Below, one piece after another: positions 8,214 to 15,883 of a DNA stretch of 64,000 nucleotides. Each line of letters starts with the position of its first letter. The first letter of the stretch is position 1. Source of the DNA: a virus (lineage: Duplodnaviria > Heunggongvirae > Uroviricota > Caudoviricetes); the IMG/VR virus record IMGVR_UViG_3300037471_001079, positions 19,877-83,876 of that record; one strand, given 5' to 3'. Below the pieces are notes generated by a model. That model saw only the letters and a list, made by a program, of their open reading frames with translations, searched no databases and was not told where the DNA came from. The translations under genes and the position numbers were made by a program.

Positions 8214-9986
8214 TTACAGAGTTCCATATGCGGCCAAATACCAGGCCGTACCGTCAAAGACGAACTTTGCCCAACTATTAGTCACCAGTGCTTTCAATGT
8301 GGTGCCGCCAGCATCTTTGACATTCAGGTTCCACGGACCACCAGTATTGCCGCCGGTGCGGGTAATAGTGAACTCGTCGCCAGCGGTTGCGTTGGTAGTC
8401 GACAGAGTCGCTGCCCGGTCGGCCGTCAGGGTGCCGGTGTGGCGCTGGTTCACGGCCGAGGTTAGGACTGTCAGGGTGTAGTCGGCGTTGGTGCTGACCG
8501 ATTGTTGGCCGCCGTTGCCGGCTCGCTTCCACTGGGTGCCGTTGTGGATCAGGAGGTTGCCGCCGCCGCCGAGGTCGGTGGCGTATTCCTGCTTGCCAAC
8601 GGCGCCAGTGTGCAGGGTGGCGACGGTCGCCGTGCGGTTCACATGCAGGCGGTTGTTGTCGATGACCGCGTTGGCTCCAAAGAGTTGCAGCCCCGCCTCG
8701 TGATCGAACCGAAACGCTTCGACCACCGATGCGCCGCCTACCGGCACGATCGAAACGATCAATCTAGAGCCGAACGCGGTAGAGCCTGGTGTCGCCTCCA
8801 CCACCTGGGCGCGGATACGCACACCCTGCCGGAATGCAGCACCGTCGTAGCCGTAGGCGCTGAAGTCGCCGAGGGCGTCGTTCTGAGCAACTGCAGCCGG
8901 TGAGGCGATGGTGCCGCGTGCGTGCTGAGTAGAGATAACAGGAGCGACGCCGCTGCCGAGATAGTTAGTCGCCGTGAAGCCGGCATTCACCTCACCGATC
9001 ATCTGCGTGATCGCGCTACCGCCGGCATGGCTGAACGTCATGCCGACGGTCGAGAAGTCGAACTGATGCACCTTGTCGTAGGTGATGCTGAACACGCCGG
9101 TCGTGGCCGAGAAGATGCCGGCGTCGGCGATCTCGACCGCAGGGGCTGTCAGCGTTCCGCCCGAGGCCAGGTCGATCCTGGTTGGGAGCGTAGCTGCCGA
9201 GGATGTGGTCGAGTACTCCGACGAGATCACCAGGCCGGTCTGGCCGAAGGTGTCGTAACCAGCCACTCGGACGTAGTAGGTCGTGTCCGGATCGACCTTG
9301 GAGGCGATCGAGTCGTTGGTGCCGATATAGATTGGCGTCGTCGTGTTCGGATTGAAGCCGGACGTCGTCGACAGCCACACCTTCATGCCGACGTAGTCGG
9401 GATCGGACGGCGGCGTCACGTCGATGGTCAGCACCGCGGCGTTGACGGTCAGGGTCGGCACCAACGCCGCCGGGGTCGCATTCGAGACGGCCAGCTGGGT
9501 CCAGGCTGAGGTGTTGCCGAAGGTGTCTACGGTGCGGACCTGTAGGGTGAAGCTGCGGCTGGGCGTGCCGCTGTGGTCGGCGGCGTTCTTGGCGAAATCG
9601 TAGGTGTAGGAAGCTGTCGTGACCGTGTCCGACCGCGAGGTTCCCACCACCCCGACTTCATAGTGGTCGAAGTAGAGATCGGTCAGATCCGGGTCCCAGA
9701 CGAAGACCGGTTCCTTGACTGAGAAGGCCGAACCGGCGCCGCTGCCGGGGTCGAGAGCCAGACCGGTTGGGGGCGTCAGCGCGCGGGCTTCGCCGCCGAT
9801 GTTCTGGGTGATAGACGTGGTCGGGCCGCGGGCGCCGGTGGGGCCGATTGGAGTGACACTGATGGTGACGGTGCCGGCGGCGACGGACGGAAGCTCGACG
9901 CTCTTGTCGTTGGTATTGACACTGGAGATGATCGTCCCGTCGCTTTGACGAACAATGACCTCGTATTGCGACGTTATTCCCGACAT
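8214..9986 (-). CDS. Tail fiber / receptor-binding protein, paralog 1 (FN3-like N-terminal module related to the lambda J C-terminal region)
   Basis: N-terminus MSGITSQYEVIVRQSDGTIIS...; YYVRVAGYDTFGQT motif; start overlaps the stop of the J homolog. Confidence 0.55.
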   Translation of the reverse strand: MSGITSQYEVIVRQSDGTIISSVNTNDKSVELPSVAAGTVTISVTPIGPTGARGPTTSITQNIGGEARALTPPTGLALDPGSGAGSAFSVKEPVFVWDPDLTDLYFDHYEVGVVGTSRSDTVTTASYTYDFAKNAADHSGTPSRSFTLQVRTVDTFGNTSAWTQLAVSNATPAALVPTLTVNAAVLTIDVTPPSDPDYVGMKVWLSTTSGFNPNTTTPIYIGTNDSIASKVDPDTTYYVRVAGYDTFGQTGLVISSEYSTTSSAATLPTRIDLASGGTLTAPAVEIADAGIFSATTGVFSITYDKVHQFDFSTVGMTFSHAGGSAITQMIGEVNAGFTATNYLGSGVAPVISTQHARGTIASPAAVAQNDALGDFSAYGYDGAAFRQGVRIRAQVVEATPGSTAFGSRLIVSIVPVGGASVVEAFRFDHEAGLQLFGANAVIDNNRLHVNRTATVATLHTGAVGKQEYATDLGGGGNLLIHNGTQWKRAGNGGQQSVSTNADYTLTVLTSAVNQRHTGTLTADRAATLSTTNATAGDEFTITRTGGNTGGPWNLNVKDAGGTTLKALVTNSWAKFVFDGTAWYLAAYGTL

Positions 9987-9987
9987 T

Positions 9988-12390
9988 TCAAACCCACGAA
10001 ATAACTAGTCTTTTCTCCAAACTGGTTCCGATCTTGCGATTGACTGTTGTCGCACGCAGACTGGTGACAGCATCAGGCGGATCAGTTGGAGTGGAATGAT
10101 CTTGATCAGTAGAACTGGTGTATCCAAGGATCAGAGGAAACTTGTTTCTATTGACGAACGAGGCTGAAATTTGAATCTGATCGGTGTCATCATCTTTCGG
10201 TTCTATCGACAGAACACGATAAGGAAGTGGAACACCGGACTGACTGCCGGCGCTCTCCAGCGTGAACAGAGCGAACTCAGGAAGGAAGTCGATGCCGGGG
10301 CTGTAGGTCAGCTCCCTGGTCATCGGGTTGTAGCCGGTGACCGTTGCCGTCTCGACTTCCAAGCCAATCTGGAACCTGATCTGGTAGGTGAAACCCGGCT
10401 CCATCGAGATCGGCGCCGCCACGATGACGGCGGTCGAGGTCAGCTGCTCGGAGATGCGGCCGGAGATCCCGGTGTTCGAGTCCGGGTCAGCAATCAGGAT
10501 GATCTGGTAGGGCTTGAGATAGAGCCCCTGCCGGTTGGTGGTGAAGGTCACCATCCGGGTTTCGGTCGTGGCCGAGATCGCCTTGGAGTAGGCCCGACGG
10601 TAGGCCTCGGCAGCGTCAATGCAGCCGACCGCGGTGAAGTCGGTCGGGATCAGGCCGTATTTGGCGATGTGGTCGTCGAGCTGGAGCCGCCGGCGGTCTT
10701 CGTTCCAGTTGAGGTCGGGGTTCTTGAACCGGACGATGATGTCGTTGTAGCGGGTCGCAATGTCCGTGTACGAGTAGGAGAACAGGCCGTTCTCCACGTT
10801 CTCCGGCGCGAAGATCGCCACAGCCGGGTCGTTGGCGTCGAGCAGGATCTCGGCGTAGCCGTTGCCGTCGTCGACAAACCGGCCACCGAAGATGCCGCAG
10901 ACGTAGTCGATCAGATCAGAGCCTGGCTGGGCGTCGCTGAGTGTGCCGTTGAAGGTGAACAGCGGCTTGCCGCCCACCATGGTGTCGCAGAACTGGCCCG
11001 CCGCGTAGACGGTCCACTTGTTCAGGACGCAGGGATAGTAGGCGTTGAGACCGTACCGGTCGTTCATCACCAGGTCGTTGACGATGAAGGCCGGGTTGTC
11101 GGTCCAGGCCAGCTTCCAGGTCCCGTCCCAAATACCCGTATATACGCGGGTATCAGGGTTGTAGTTGGTGGGCACATTGACGATGCGACCCCACCAGATC
11201 CCGCTCATATTCTGGACCGAAGGGAACTGGTCGCTAGCCTGCACGAAGATGCGAGCACACGCCAGGTTCGGGAAATTCAGAGGTTTCGAAGACACCTCTT
11301 GAAAACTCTCCCACTGGATGTTCAGGAAGTAGTTGTTGTCGTGGTCCTCCATGTTCTTGACGGTGACACGCATGTCATAGGTGTCATCGATATTGGCGAC
11401 CGCCCAGCGAAGCTCCTTGACGAACGGCTCCTGGATCTTACCGGTGATCCGCAGATACTCGTCGGACGAGACAGTGTAACCGTTGGTCGGGTTGTAGGAC
11501 TGGGAATACTGCCACGCTTCGTTGGTGAAGATCATCACGACCACGCGGCCGGCGTCGGCCGGGTTTGCGGGGTTGATGTCGGTCGTGATCCAGAAGTCAC
11601 CCTCCACACCGGCGGGGGTGGTGGTCTGGTTGTAGAAGGCGTGGGTGGTGGTGCCTGTCTTGGGAGACGTGAAGGTCCACTTACCGGTTGTGCTGGTTAG
11701 ACCGGCAGCGTCGACCCAGGCCGAGCCGGACCAGATCTTCGGTCTGTAGCTGACAGCCGAGTTGAACCAGATGGCGTGATCCGGGATCTGGGCGGCCGGC
11801 GTCGTCGGCGTGGTCGACGAGATCAGCGTGTCGACGTCCCAGTAGGATGAGGGGACGGAGTCACCGTCGGTGCCGAGATGGGTGGAGTCGTCGGTGGTGT
11901 CGATCTCATCGACAAGGGTCGGGTTCTCCAGATAGGTCGCCACCGGCAGCCAGGTCGAGGAGGTCGTCGCCTTGTACTCAAGCTTGACGTCCACGTAGGT
12001 GGATTGGGGACCCTTCTTCTCGCTGTTGGCGTAGAGCTGGTTGATCAGCAGCCGCAGCTCGAGGAAATCGATGTTGCGATGCGTACCGGTGCGGACGACC
12101 GGCGTGCCCATGGCCAGCTCGGTGTTGACGCTGGTCGGCGACGAGGAGCCGCCAAGCTTCAGCTTGATGTTCGGCGGCTCCGGGATGCCCTTGAAGACTT
12201 CGAGCTCGAATGAGACGAAGTTCGACTTGTTGTCGATGTTAACGAGCGGCGTGTCGCCGACAAAGAACTCCTTGGCGCCGCCTTTCAGGCCCAGGATAGG
12301 TCCCTCGGAAATGCCGAGGACCATCTCCATAACATCGTTGGACTCTGCAATGGCCGGCTGGTTCTGGACGTTAACGTTGAAACTAGCCAT
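9988..12390 (-). CDS. J: Tail tip / host-specificity protein, homolog of the N-terminal ~800 aa of lambda gpJ
   Basis: blocks match remembered lambda J: LGISEGPILGLKGG vs ISEGPIEGPVDGL; RIVNVPTNYNPDTRVYTGIWDGTWKLAWTDNPAFIVNDLVMNDRYGL vs RILQVPSNYNPQTRQYSGIWDGTFKPAYSNNMAWCLWDMLTHPRYGM; follows the gpI homolog. Confidence 0.7.
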   Translation of the reverse strand: MASFNVNVQNQPAIAESNDVMEMVLGISEGPILGLKGGAKEFFVGDTPLVNIDNKSNFVSFELEVFKGIPEPPNIKLKLGGSSSPTSVNTELAMGTPVVRTGTHRNIDFLELRLLINQLYANSEKKGPQSTYVDVKLEYKATTSSTWLPVATYLENPTLVDEIDTTDDSTHLGTDGDSVPSSYWDVDTLISSTTPTTPAAQIPDHAIWFNSAVSYRPKIWSGSAWVDAAGLTSTTGKWTFTSPKTGTTTHAFYNQTTTPAGVEGDFWITTDINPANPADAGRVVVMIFTNEAWQYSQSYNPTNGYTVSSDEYLRITGKIQEPFVKELRWAVANIDDTYDMRVTVKNMEDHDNNYFLNIQWESFQEVSSKPLNFPNLACARIFVQASDQFPSVQNMSGIWWGRIVNVPTNYNPDTRVYTGIWDGTWKLAWTDNPAFIVNDLVMNDRYGLNAYYPCVLNKWTVYAAGQFCDTMVGGKPLFTFNGTLSDAQPGSDLIDYVCGIFGGRFVDDGNGYAEILLDANDPAVAIFAPENVENGLFSYSYTDIATRYNDIIVRFKNPDLNWNEDRRRLQLDDHIAKYGLIPTDFTAVGCIDAAEAYRRAYSKAISATTETRMVTFTTNRQGLYLKPYQIILIADPDSNTGISGRISEQLTSTAVIVAAPISMEPGFTYQIRFQIGLEVETATVTGYNPMTRELTYSPGIDFLPEFALFTLESAGSQSGVPLPYRVLSIEPKDDDTDQIQISASFVNRNKFPLILGYTSSTDQDHSTPTDPPDAVTSLRATTVNRKIGTSLEKRLVISWV

Positions 12391-13261
12391 ACTTCAATTG
12401 CAACTTGAACATACTCATAAAAGAATGATCGAGAATTTCTCCGTCCTTTAATATAAGATCGAAGACGCCATAAGTCCAACCGGTGGTGTTGTGCTTGGCG
12501 TAGGCCTCGACATGCTTGTCCGGCATGGCCGAGCCGACGTTCAGAATGGTGATCTTCTTGTTGAGGCCGATCTTCTTGGCGTTTTTGACGTTGGCCACAT
12601 GGGTGTGACCAAAGACGATCGAGTGGATGGCGTCGTTGGCGATCTGGTTCTCGGGCTGCTTGCCGCCATAGGGCTTGCCCATCGTGTTGAACGGCGCGTG
12701 GGTGAAGCCGACGCCGTCGATGAAGACCCAGTCGCCATAGTCGACCGTGGACCAGTCGTGGTCGTGCATCAGGCCGGTCACCCGGCAGTAGAAGTCATCC
12801 TCCACTTCCGGGTGGGCGTTCTCCCAGAGCTTCACCCGATGCTCGTGATTGCCGAGCGTCACATGCTTCTCGGGATCGTACGTAAGCTCTCCATCCAGCA
12901 ACGAGAGCGCTTGTTCGCCGCTCTCCAAATCGGCCAGGAACGACGGCTTCTTCCTGCCAGATATCGTCCCCCACTCCTCGTGCCGGCTGCAGCTGTCCAT
13001 CGTCAGCAGATCGCCGATCTGGACGACGTGATCGGGCTTGGTCTCGTTGATGTGCCGGCCGATCCAGGTGAACCGCCTTTTGTCCTTTAGGTGCGGACTG
13101 TCGTGACTGTCTCCGATGACGCATACCGAAGTGTAATCTTTCTCAGATTTGAGACGACGGCGTAAGGTTCTCTCGGAGATTTGATGACCGATCGAACGGA
13201 GGTAACGCTCAGCAGCACGTATAGAGCCGCAATCTGCAATAATTTTCTCATAATCCATCAC
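12383..13261 (-). CDS. N-terminal HTH domain fused to a calcineurin-like metallophosphoesterase, inserted between the gpI and gpJ homologs
   Basis: metallophosphoesterase motifs GDSHD, GDLL, GNHEH, GHTH in canonical order; N-terminal IIADCGSIRAAERYLRSIGHQISERTLRRRL resembles an HTH. Confidence 0.6.
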   Translation of the reverse strand: MMDYEKIIADCGSIRAAERYLRSIGHQISERTLRRRLKSEKDYTSVCVIGDSHDSPHLKDKRRFTWIGRHINETKPDHVVQIGDLLTMDSCSRHEEWGTISGRKKPSFLADLESGEQALSLLDGELTYDPEKHVTLGNHEHRVKLWENAHPEVEDDFYCRVTGLMHDHDWSTVDYGDWVFIDGVGFTHAPFNTMGKPYGGKQPENQIANDAIHSIVFGHTHVANVKNAKKIGLNKKITILNVGSAMPDKHVEAYAKHNTTGWTYGVFDLILKDGEILDHSFMSMFKLQLKYG

Positions 13262-13785
13262 GAAACAATAGCCATTGCATCAACGTCAAATGAAAGAATG
13301 TGACCGGCCCATTTATCACGGCCGTAAATAATTGCTATCGGCGTACCGATATCGACTGTATTTTCGTTCGACCCTAGATAGTGGTTTTTCTTTGGACCGT
13401 CTGCTTTCGGTGACGGCTGCAGGTAGGACATGATGCCGCCGAGCACCATCAGTGCGCCGGACAGGATCAGATTGACGTTACCGGTGAAGATGCCGACGAT
13501 GATAAGGGCGACACCGATCAGGATCTGGATGAAGCCGCCGGACTTGCCGCCAGCGAACTGGGGAACGATGTCGAGCTCGGTGACCGCCAGGGGTTTGAAG
13601 AGGTCCTCAAAGGTCTCGTGGCCGACGACGGCCACGCGCTTGTAGCCGTTGATCGGATCGGGCCGGAAGCCGGGGAGCTGCCGGGAGATCGCCTCGACCG
13701 CCTCGGCAGCGGTCGCCGCGTTGATGACGATCGGTTCCGGGTGGATAGCCTTGAGCGAGCCGTGCAGGCGTATCGTTATACGCAC
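13258..13785 (-). CDS. I: Tail assembly protein, lambda gpI homolog
   Basis: AGGKSGGFIQILIG and MVLGG match lambda I (AGAKSGGVFQIVLG...MVLGG); ubiquitin-like N-terminus, hydrophobic C-terminus. Confidence 0.65.
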   Translation of the reverse strand: MRITIRLHGSLKAIHPEPIVINAATAAEAVEAISRQLPGFRPDPINGYKRVAVVGHETFEDLFKPLAVTELDIVPQFAGGKSGGFIQILIGVALIIVGIFTGNVNLILSGALMVLGGIMSYLQPSPKADGPKKNHYLGSNENTVDIGTPIAIIYGRDKWAGHILSFDVDAMAIVS

Positions 13786-14159
13786 TCGATCACCTGCCCG
13801 GTTTCATGAACAACGTAGCAGCGGATGCCATCGGAGCCGATGATGTAGTGGGTGAGCTCGGGCCAGGCCCTGAAGGCCAAGTCGTCCCTGAGGCTCATGC
13901 TCGCGGTCTTGCCAGGATGGGTGTGCCAAGTGGCGTCGGCGGTGAGCCCATACGAAAACAGGTCCGAGGCGCTCACCTCGAACCCGTCAGTTGGATCTTT
14001 TGCCTTGTTCTCGACCTCGATCAGGGTGAGGTCTGGCATGATGAAGCCGACCCGCTCAGGCCCTTCCTCGCTGTAGAGCGAGAGCAGCTTCGAATTGAGC
14101 TCGTTTAGCTGGTGAGAGGAGATCCAGGATGTTGGTGCGCTCGGACTGGTCGGATGCAT
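13776..14159 (-). CDS. JAB/MPN+ (JAMM) metalloprotease domain protein, corresponding to the N-terminal half of lambda gpK encoded as a separate ORF
   Basis: JAMM motif HTHPGKTASMSLRD (HxHx7Sx2D) with an upstream Glu; true start may be the internal Met at ~14039, since the long ORF overlaps the NlpC/P60 gene by 104 nt. Confidence 0.6.
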   Translation of the reverse strand: MHPTSPSAPTSWISSHQLNELNSKLLSLYSEEGPERVGFIMPDLTLIEVENKAKDPTDGFEVSASDLFSYGLTADATWHTHPGKTASMSLRDDLAFRAWPELTHYIIGSDGIRCYVVHETGQVIECV

Positions 14160-14550
14160 TTACAACAGAGGGATGTCTTAAATGAGCAACTATGAAATTA
14201 CGCCAGCCCGCAAATGGCTCGACGCGCGACAATCTATTCCAGAGATGGTGTAGGATCTGGCCATTTTCAAGTAGAATCACAGCGTGGTTGGCCACTGTCG
14301 ACTGGATCGCCAAGAGAAAAGCATCGCCAGGGCGCCAGAACGTCGGGTGTTCATCCACTACATCGAAGCCTTCCTTGTAGAAGTTTTCCATGTAGAGGTT
14401 CTTGCCCTCGTCCCACCACTTGGAATCGTGCGGGTAGTCCGCAAGGACCAGGCCGTAGTTGTCCTTGTAGAACCTCTGGACCAGGGTGTAGCAGTCGTTG
14501 ACGCCGTGCTCGAAGGGGATGCCCTGCAGATGGTCGACCTTGAGCATCAC
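14056..14550 (-). CDS. K: NlpC/P60 peptidase domain protein, corresponding to the C-terminal half of lambda gpK
   Basis: FEHGVNDCYTLVQRFY / DSKWWDEGKNLYMENF / NHAVILLENGQILHHL match lambda K C-terminal region (FEHGVTDCYTLFRDAY / EDDWWRNGQNLYLDNL / NHAAIYCGDGELLHHI). Confidence 0.7.
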   Translation of the reverse strand: MMLKVDHLQGIPFEHGVNDCYTLVQRFYKDNYGLVLADYPHDSKWWDEGKNLYMENFYKEGFDVVDEHPTFWRPGDAFLLAIQSTVANHAVILLENGQILHHLWNRLSRVEPFAGWRNFIVAHLRHPSVVNASDQSERTNILDLLSPAKRAQFEAALALQRGRA

Positions 14551-15038
14551 AGGCTCACAGATGGGAAGCCGCCATCCGGCGTGTAGGTCCGCACCGGCAG
14601 CTGGAAGTTGACACCCTCGGACATGGCGCGCAGCTCCAAGGTCACGCCTTGGTTGGCGATGGCTTCAGGAACGCGGCCGACACGCCACATGCGCCGGTTG
14701 GCGATGTTGATGTCCTTGTCGATGTGGGCGCCGAGCACCTCGTACCGGATGACAGTCGCCAGATCGAGGAGGTTGTCGTGCAGGAACGGGTTGAAGATGC
14801 CGAACGGGTTGGCCACACGGAGCGTCGGCTTAGCCTCCTGGCCGTCGGCGGCACGCTTGTCGCCGGAGAACTGGATGGCGCAGCTCTCGAAGAAGATCTT
14901 CTGCCAGGTCGTCGACGGGCCGTCCTTGATGTAGATGGAGGTGCCCGGCGACATCTTGAGGTGGATCGCCCAGAGAGGGACGACTGCATCGGCCGTGAGT
15001 TTCTGACTCTCGGCAATGTGTTCAACAGGTGCTGTCAT
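14547..15038 (-). CDS. L: Minor tail protein, lambda gpL homolog
   Basis: VVPLWAIHL and KPTLRVANPFG resemble lambda L VVLWEIDL and KPTLTVSNLYG; located between M-like and K-like genes. Confidence 0.55.
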   Translation of the reverse strand: MTAPVEHIAESQKLTADAVVPLWAIHLKMSPGTSIYIKDGPSTTWQKIFFESCAIQFSGDKRAADGQEAKPTLRVANPFGIFNPFLHDNLLDLATVIRYEVLGAHIDKDINIANRRMWRVGRVPEAIANQGVTLELRAMSEGVNFQLPVRTYTPDGGFPSVSL

Positions 15039-15430
15039 TGAGGTTGGGCTTGAATGAGCTTGATCGAGAAAGGTTCGACGGCGCCATTACCCTTCGCGAT
15101 GCCCTTCATCGGAGGCAAGGGCTCAGCGAAGCGCACGACTTGCTGGCCCCAGACAGGATGATTGTAGATGAACGGCTCGTAAAGCTGATGTGTCTCGTAA
15201 AATATTTCCAGCCTGAGAGCATTAACCTCCGGCCAGATACCGGCGTCCGGATTTCCGAGTGCATTCTTGAAATAGACCATCGTCGTAAAATCCAGAATGA
15301 AAGTCTTCTGGATTGGGTCTCGAGGTTTTGACGTGAAGGCCCAGCCGCCGCCGAACTGCATCTTGGCAGAGTTATCGTTTCGGGCTATTGAAACAATATG
15401 ATACGGAAAATTGAAGACTGATAAAGCCAT
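15035..15430 (-). CDS. Minor tail protein (gpM-position, distal tail protein); start re-assigned to the internal Met
   Basis: position between the tape measure and the L homolog; start moved from 15487 to 15430 (MALSVFNF...) so it no longer overlaps the oppositely oriented lipoprotein gene. Confidence 0.45.
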   Translation of the reverse strand: MALSVFNFPYHIVSIARNDNSAKMQFGGGWAFTSKPRDPIQKTFILDFTTMVYFKNALGNPDAGIWPEVNALRLEIFYETHQLYEPFIYNHPVWGQQVVRFAEPLPPMKGIAKGNGAVEPFSIKLIQAQPQ

Positions 15431-15526
15431 GGTGAATATATAAGAAGGACTGTCTTGCAGGCAACCCCCTTGCGCCGACTCGGACAACCACTATGTTGGT
15501 CGGCCGGAAGCGCAAGGGAGCTGGGA

Positions 15527-15883
15527 ATGAGACGAATTGTTTTGGTAGCGTTGATGTTGGCGGGGTGTCAGACGACCGCGGAGGTAAACCGGCCGCTGGC
15601 GCCGCCTCCTGCTAACTGGAGGGCTCAAGTAGCGGCTGCTATGAAGGCCAGTCTATTCGATCCGTATTCGGTTCGTGAGGCCGCTGTCACTGAGCCACAC
15701 ATATCAAGCTATACCCATGGTTGGCAGGTCTGCGTCCTGGTGAATGCCAAGAATCGACTTGGAGGTTATACAGGAAGACAAGCTTCAATTTGGTCGTTGT
15801 ATGACGGAAACTGGATCAATACCTCAGGTGATCGGTGTTATGATCCAGTTGGTCCCTTCCCCGAGCTAGGACCTACCACTTAG
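15527..15883 (+). CDS. Lipoprotein moron (118 aa) on the strand opposite the tail operon; candidate superinfection-exclusion / receptor-masking protein
   Basis: signal peptide with lipobox MRRIVLVALMLAGC-QTT; strong SD AAGGGAG 8 nt upstream of the ATG; inserted between the H-like and M-like tail genes and convergent with the tape-measure gene. Confidence 0.6.
   Translation: MRRIVLVALMLAGCQTTAEVNRPLAPPPANWRAQVAAAMKASLFDPYSVREAAVTEPHISSYTHGWQVCVLVNAKNRLGGYTGRQASIWSLYDGNWINTSGDRCYDPVGPFPELGPTT

Noticed and set aside
10171-11700. 509-aa plus-strand ORF antisense to the J homolog. Similar long antisense ORFs: 979..1740 (+), 15955..16593 (+), 16648..17439 (+), 26483..27754 (+), 34115..35326 (-), 57292..58605 (-).
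   Set aside because: These are shadow ORFs typical of high-GC DNA. They are Arg/Gly/Pro/Asp-rich with low complexity and no start context, and they lie fully inside well-supported genes on the other strand.
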